The notes beneath the pieces are model-generated. The model saw only the letters and a program-made list of their open reading frames with translations, had not been told where the DNA came from and did not search any database. From a virus, in IMG/VR virus record IMGVR_UViG_3300045988_166337, positions 1 to 5,205 of that record: a stretch of DNA of 5,205 bases, one strand, 5' to 3'. Both the position numbers and the translations under genes were made by a program. Positions 4,953 to 5,205 of this stretch are shown here, piece by piece; positions within the stretch are counted from its first letter, which is position 1, and the number at the start of each line of letters is the position of its first letter.

Positions 4953-5205
4953 CTATGAAAGCTGCTTACCAGCACGGTCAAGCAAGACGTCATCGCCATG
5001 CTCATAAGCAGGATCCTGAAGTGAAGGAATACAAAAACGGGCAAGCGGCATGGAGACCTTATAGTCGAAGAAAGTATCTGACCAATAACCATAACTACTA
5101 ATATCGCCAGCAATGGCGGAAACTTGATCAAGGTAATCTGTAGGAATCTGCAAAAAATCCGAATTTATCTGGGGAACAGCAGCAGGAGTAGTACCTGTAG
5201 CACCA
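4953..5205 (-). CDS. C-terminal segment of the same VP1 gene, 5'-partial in the window. 5087-5205 duplicates 1-119, and the stop codon TAA is at 4955..4953.
   Basis: The frame is continuous with 1..1516(-) once the 5086-nt unit is closed. Translation ...GTTGTAAPVPQINSDFLQIPTDYLDQVSAIAGDISSYGYWSDTFFDYKVSMPLARFCIPSLQDPAYEHGDDVLLDRAGKQLS*. Confidence 0.9.
   Translation of the reverse strand, partial: GATGTTPAAVPQINSDFLQIPTDYLDQVSAIAGDISSYGYWSDTFFDYKVSMPLARFCIPSLQDPAYEHGDDVLLDRAGKQLS

Noticed and set aside
4724-5131. Small ORFs 4724..4906(+), 4916..5101(+) and 4949..5131(-)
   Set aside because: They are antisense or out of frame relative to ORF85 and the VP1 C-terminus, and have no supporting signals.
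1-5205. tRNA, rRNA, CRISPR, IS/transposase, integrase
   Set aside because: I found no cloverleaf-compatible segments, no spaced direct-repeat arrays and no recombinase-like ORFs. The gene content is fully explained by a microvirus genome.

Overview
The window is a complete, circularly permuted Microviridae (gokushovirus-like ssDNA phage) genome with a unit length of 5,086 nt. Bases 1-119 are repeated exactly at 5087-5205, which is how a circular contig looks when opened inside a gene. All credible genes lie on the minus strand, so the viral/coding strand is the reverse complement of what is shown. In that direction the order is: VP1 major capsid (549 aa, 1516->1 then wrapping 5086->4953), a small acidic hypothetical ORF (4890->4633), VP2 minor capsid/pilot protein (4548->3568), VP4 replication initiator (HUH endonuclease, 3495->2167), and a putative lipoprotein ORF (2149->1595). 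After the lipoprotein ORF comes a GC-rich island of hairpins and repeats that runs up to the VP1 start. No Shine-Dalgarno sequence precedes any gene. VP1 and VP2 share an A-rich leader (AAAAGATATGG), which suggests a Bacteroidetes-type host. The most notable signals are: a 14-nt exact match to the phiX174 origin core (ACTTGATATTAATA) in the loop of a hairpin on the coding strand between the small ORF and VP2; an adjacent hairpin with a G8/C8 homopolymer loop; a signal-peptide plus lipobox ORF right after Rep, which is unusual for a microvirus; a roughly 100-aa acidic insertion in Rep; and a possible basic overlapping ORF in the Rep 3' end. There are no rRNA, tRNA or CRISPR features.
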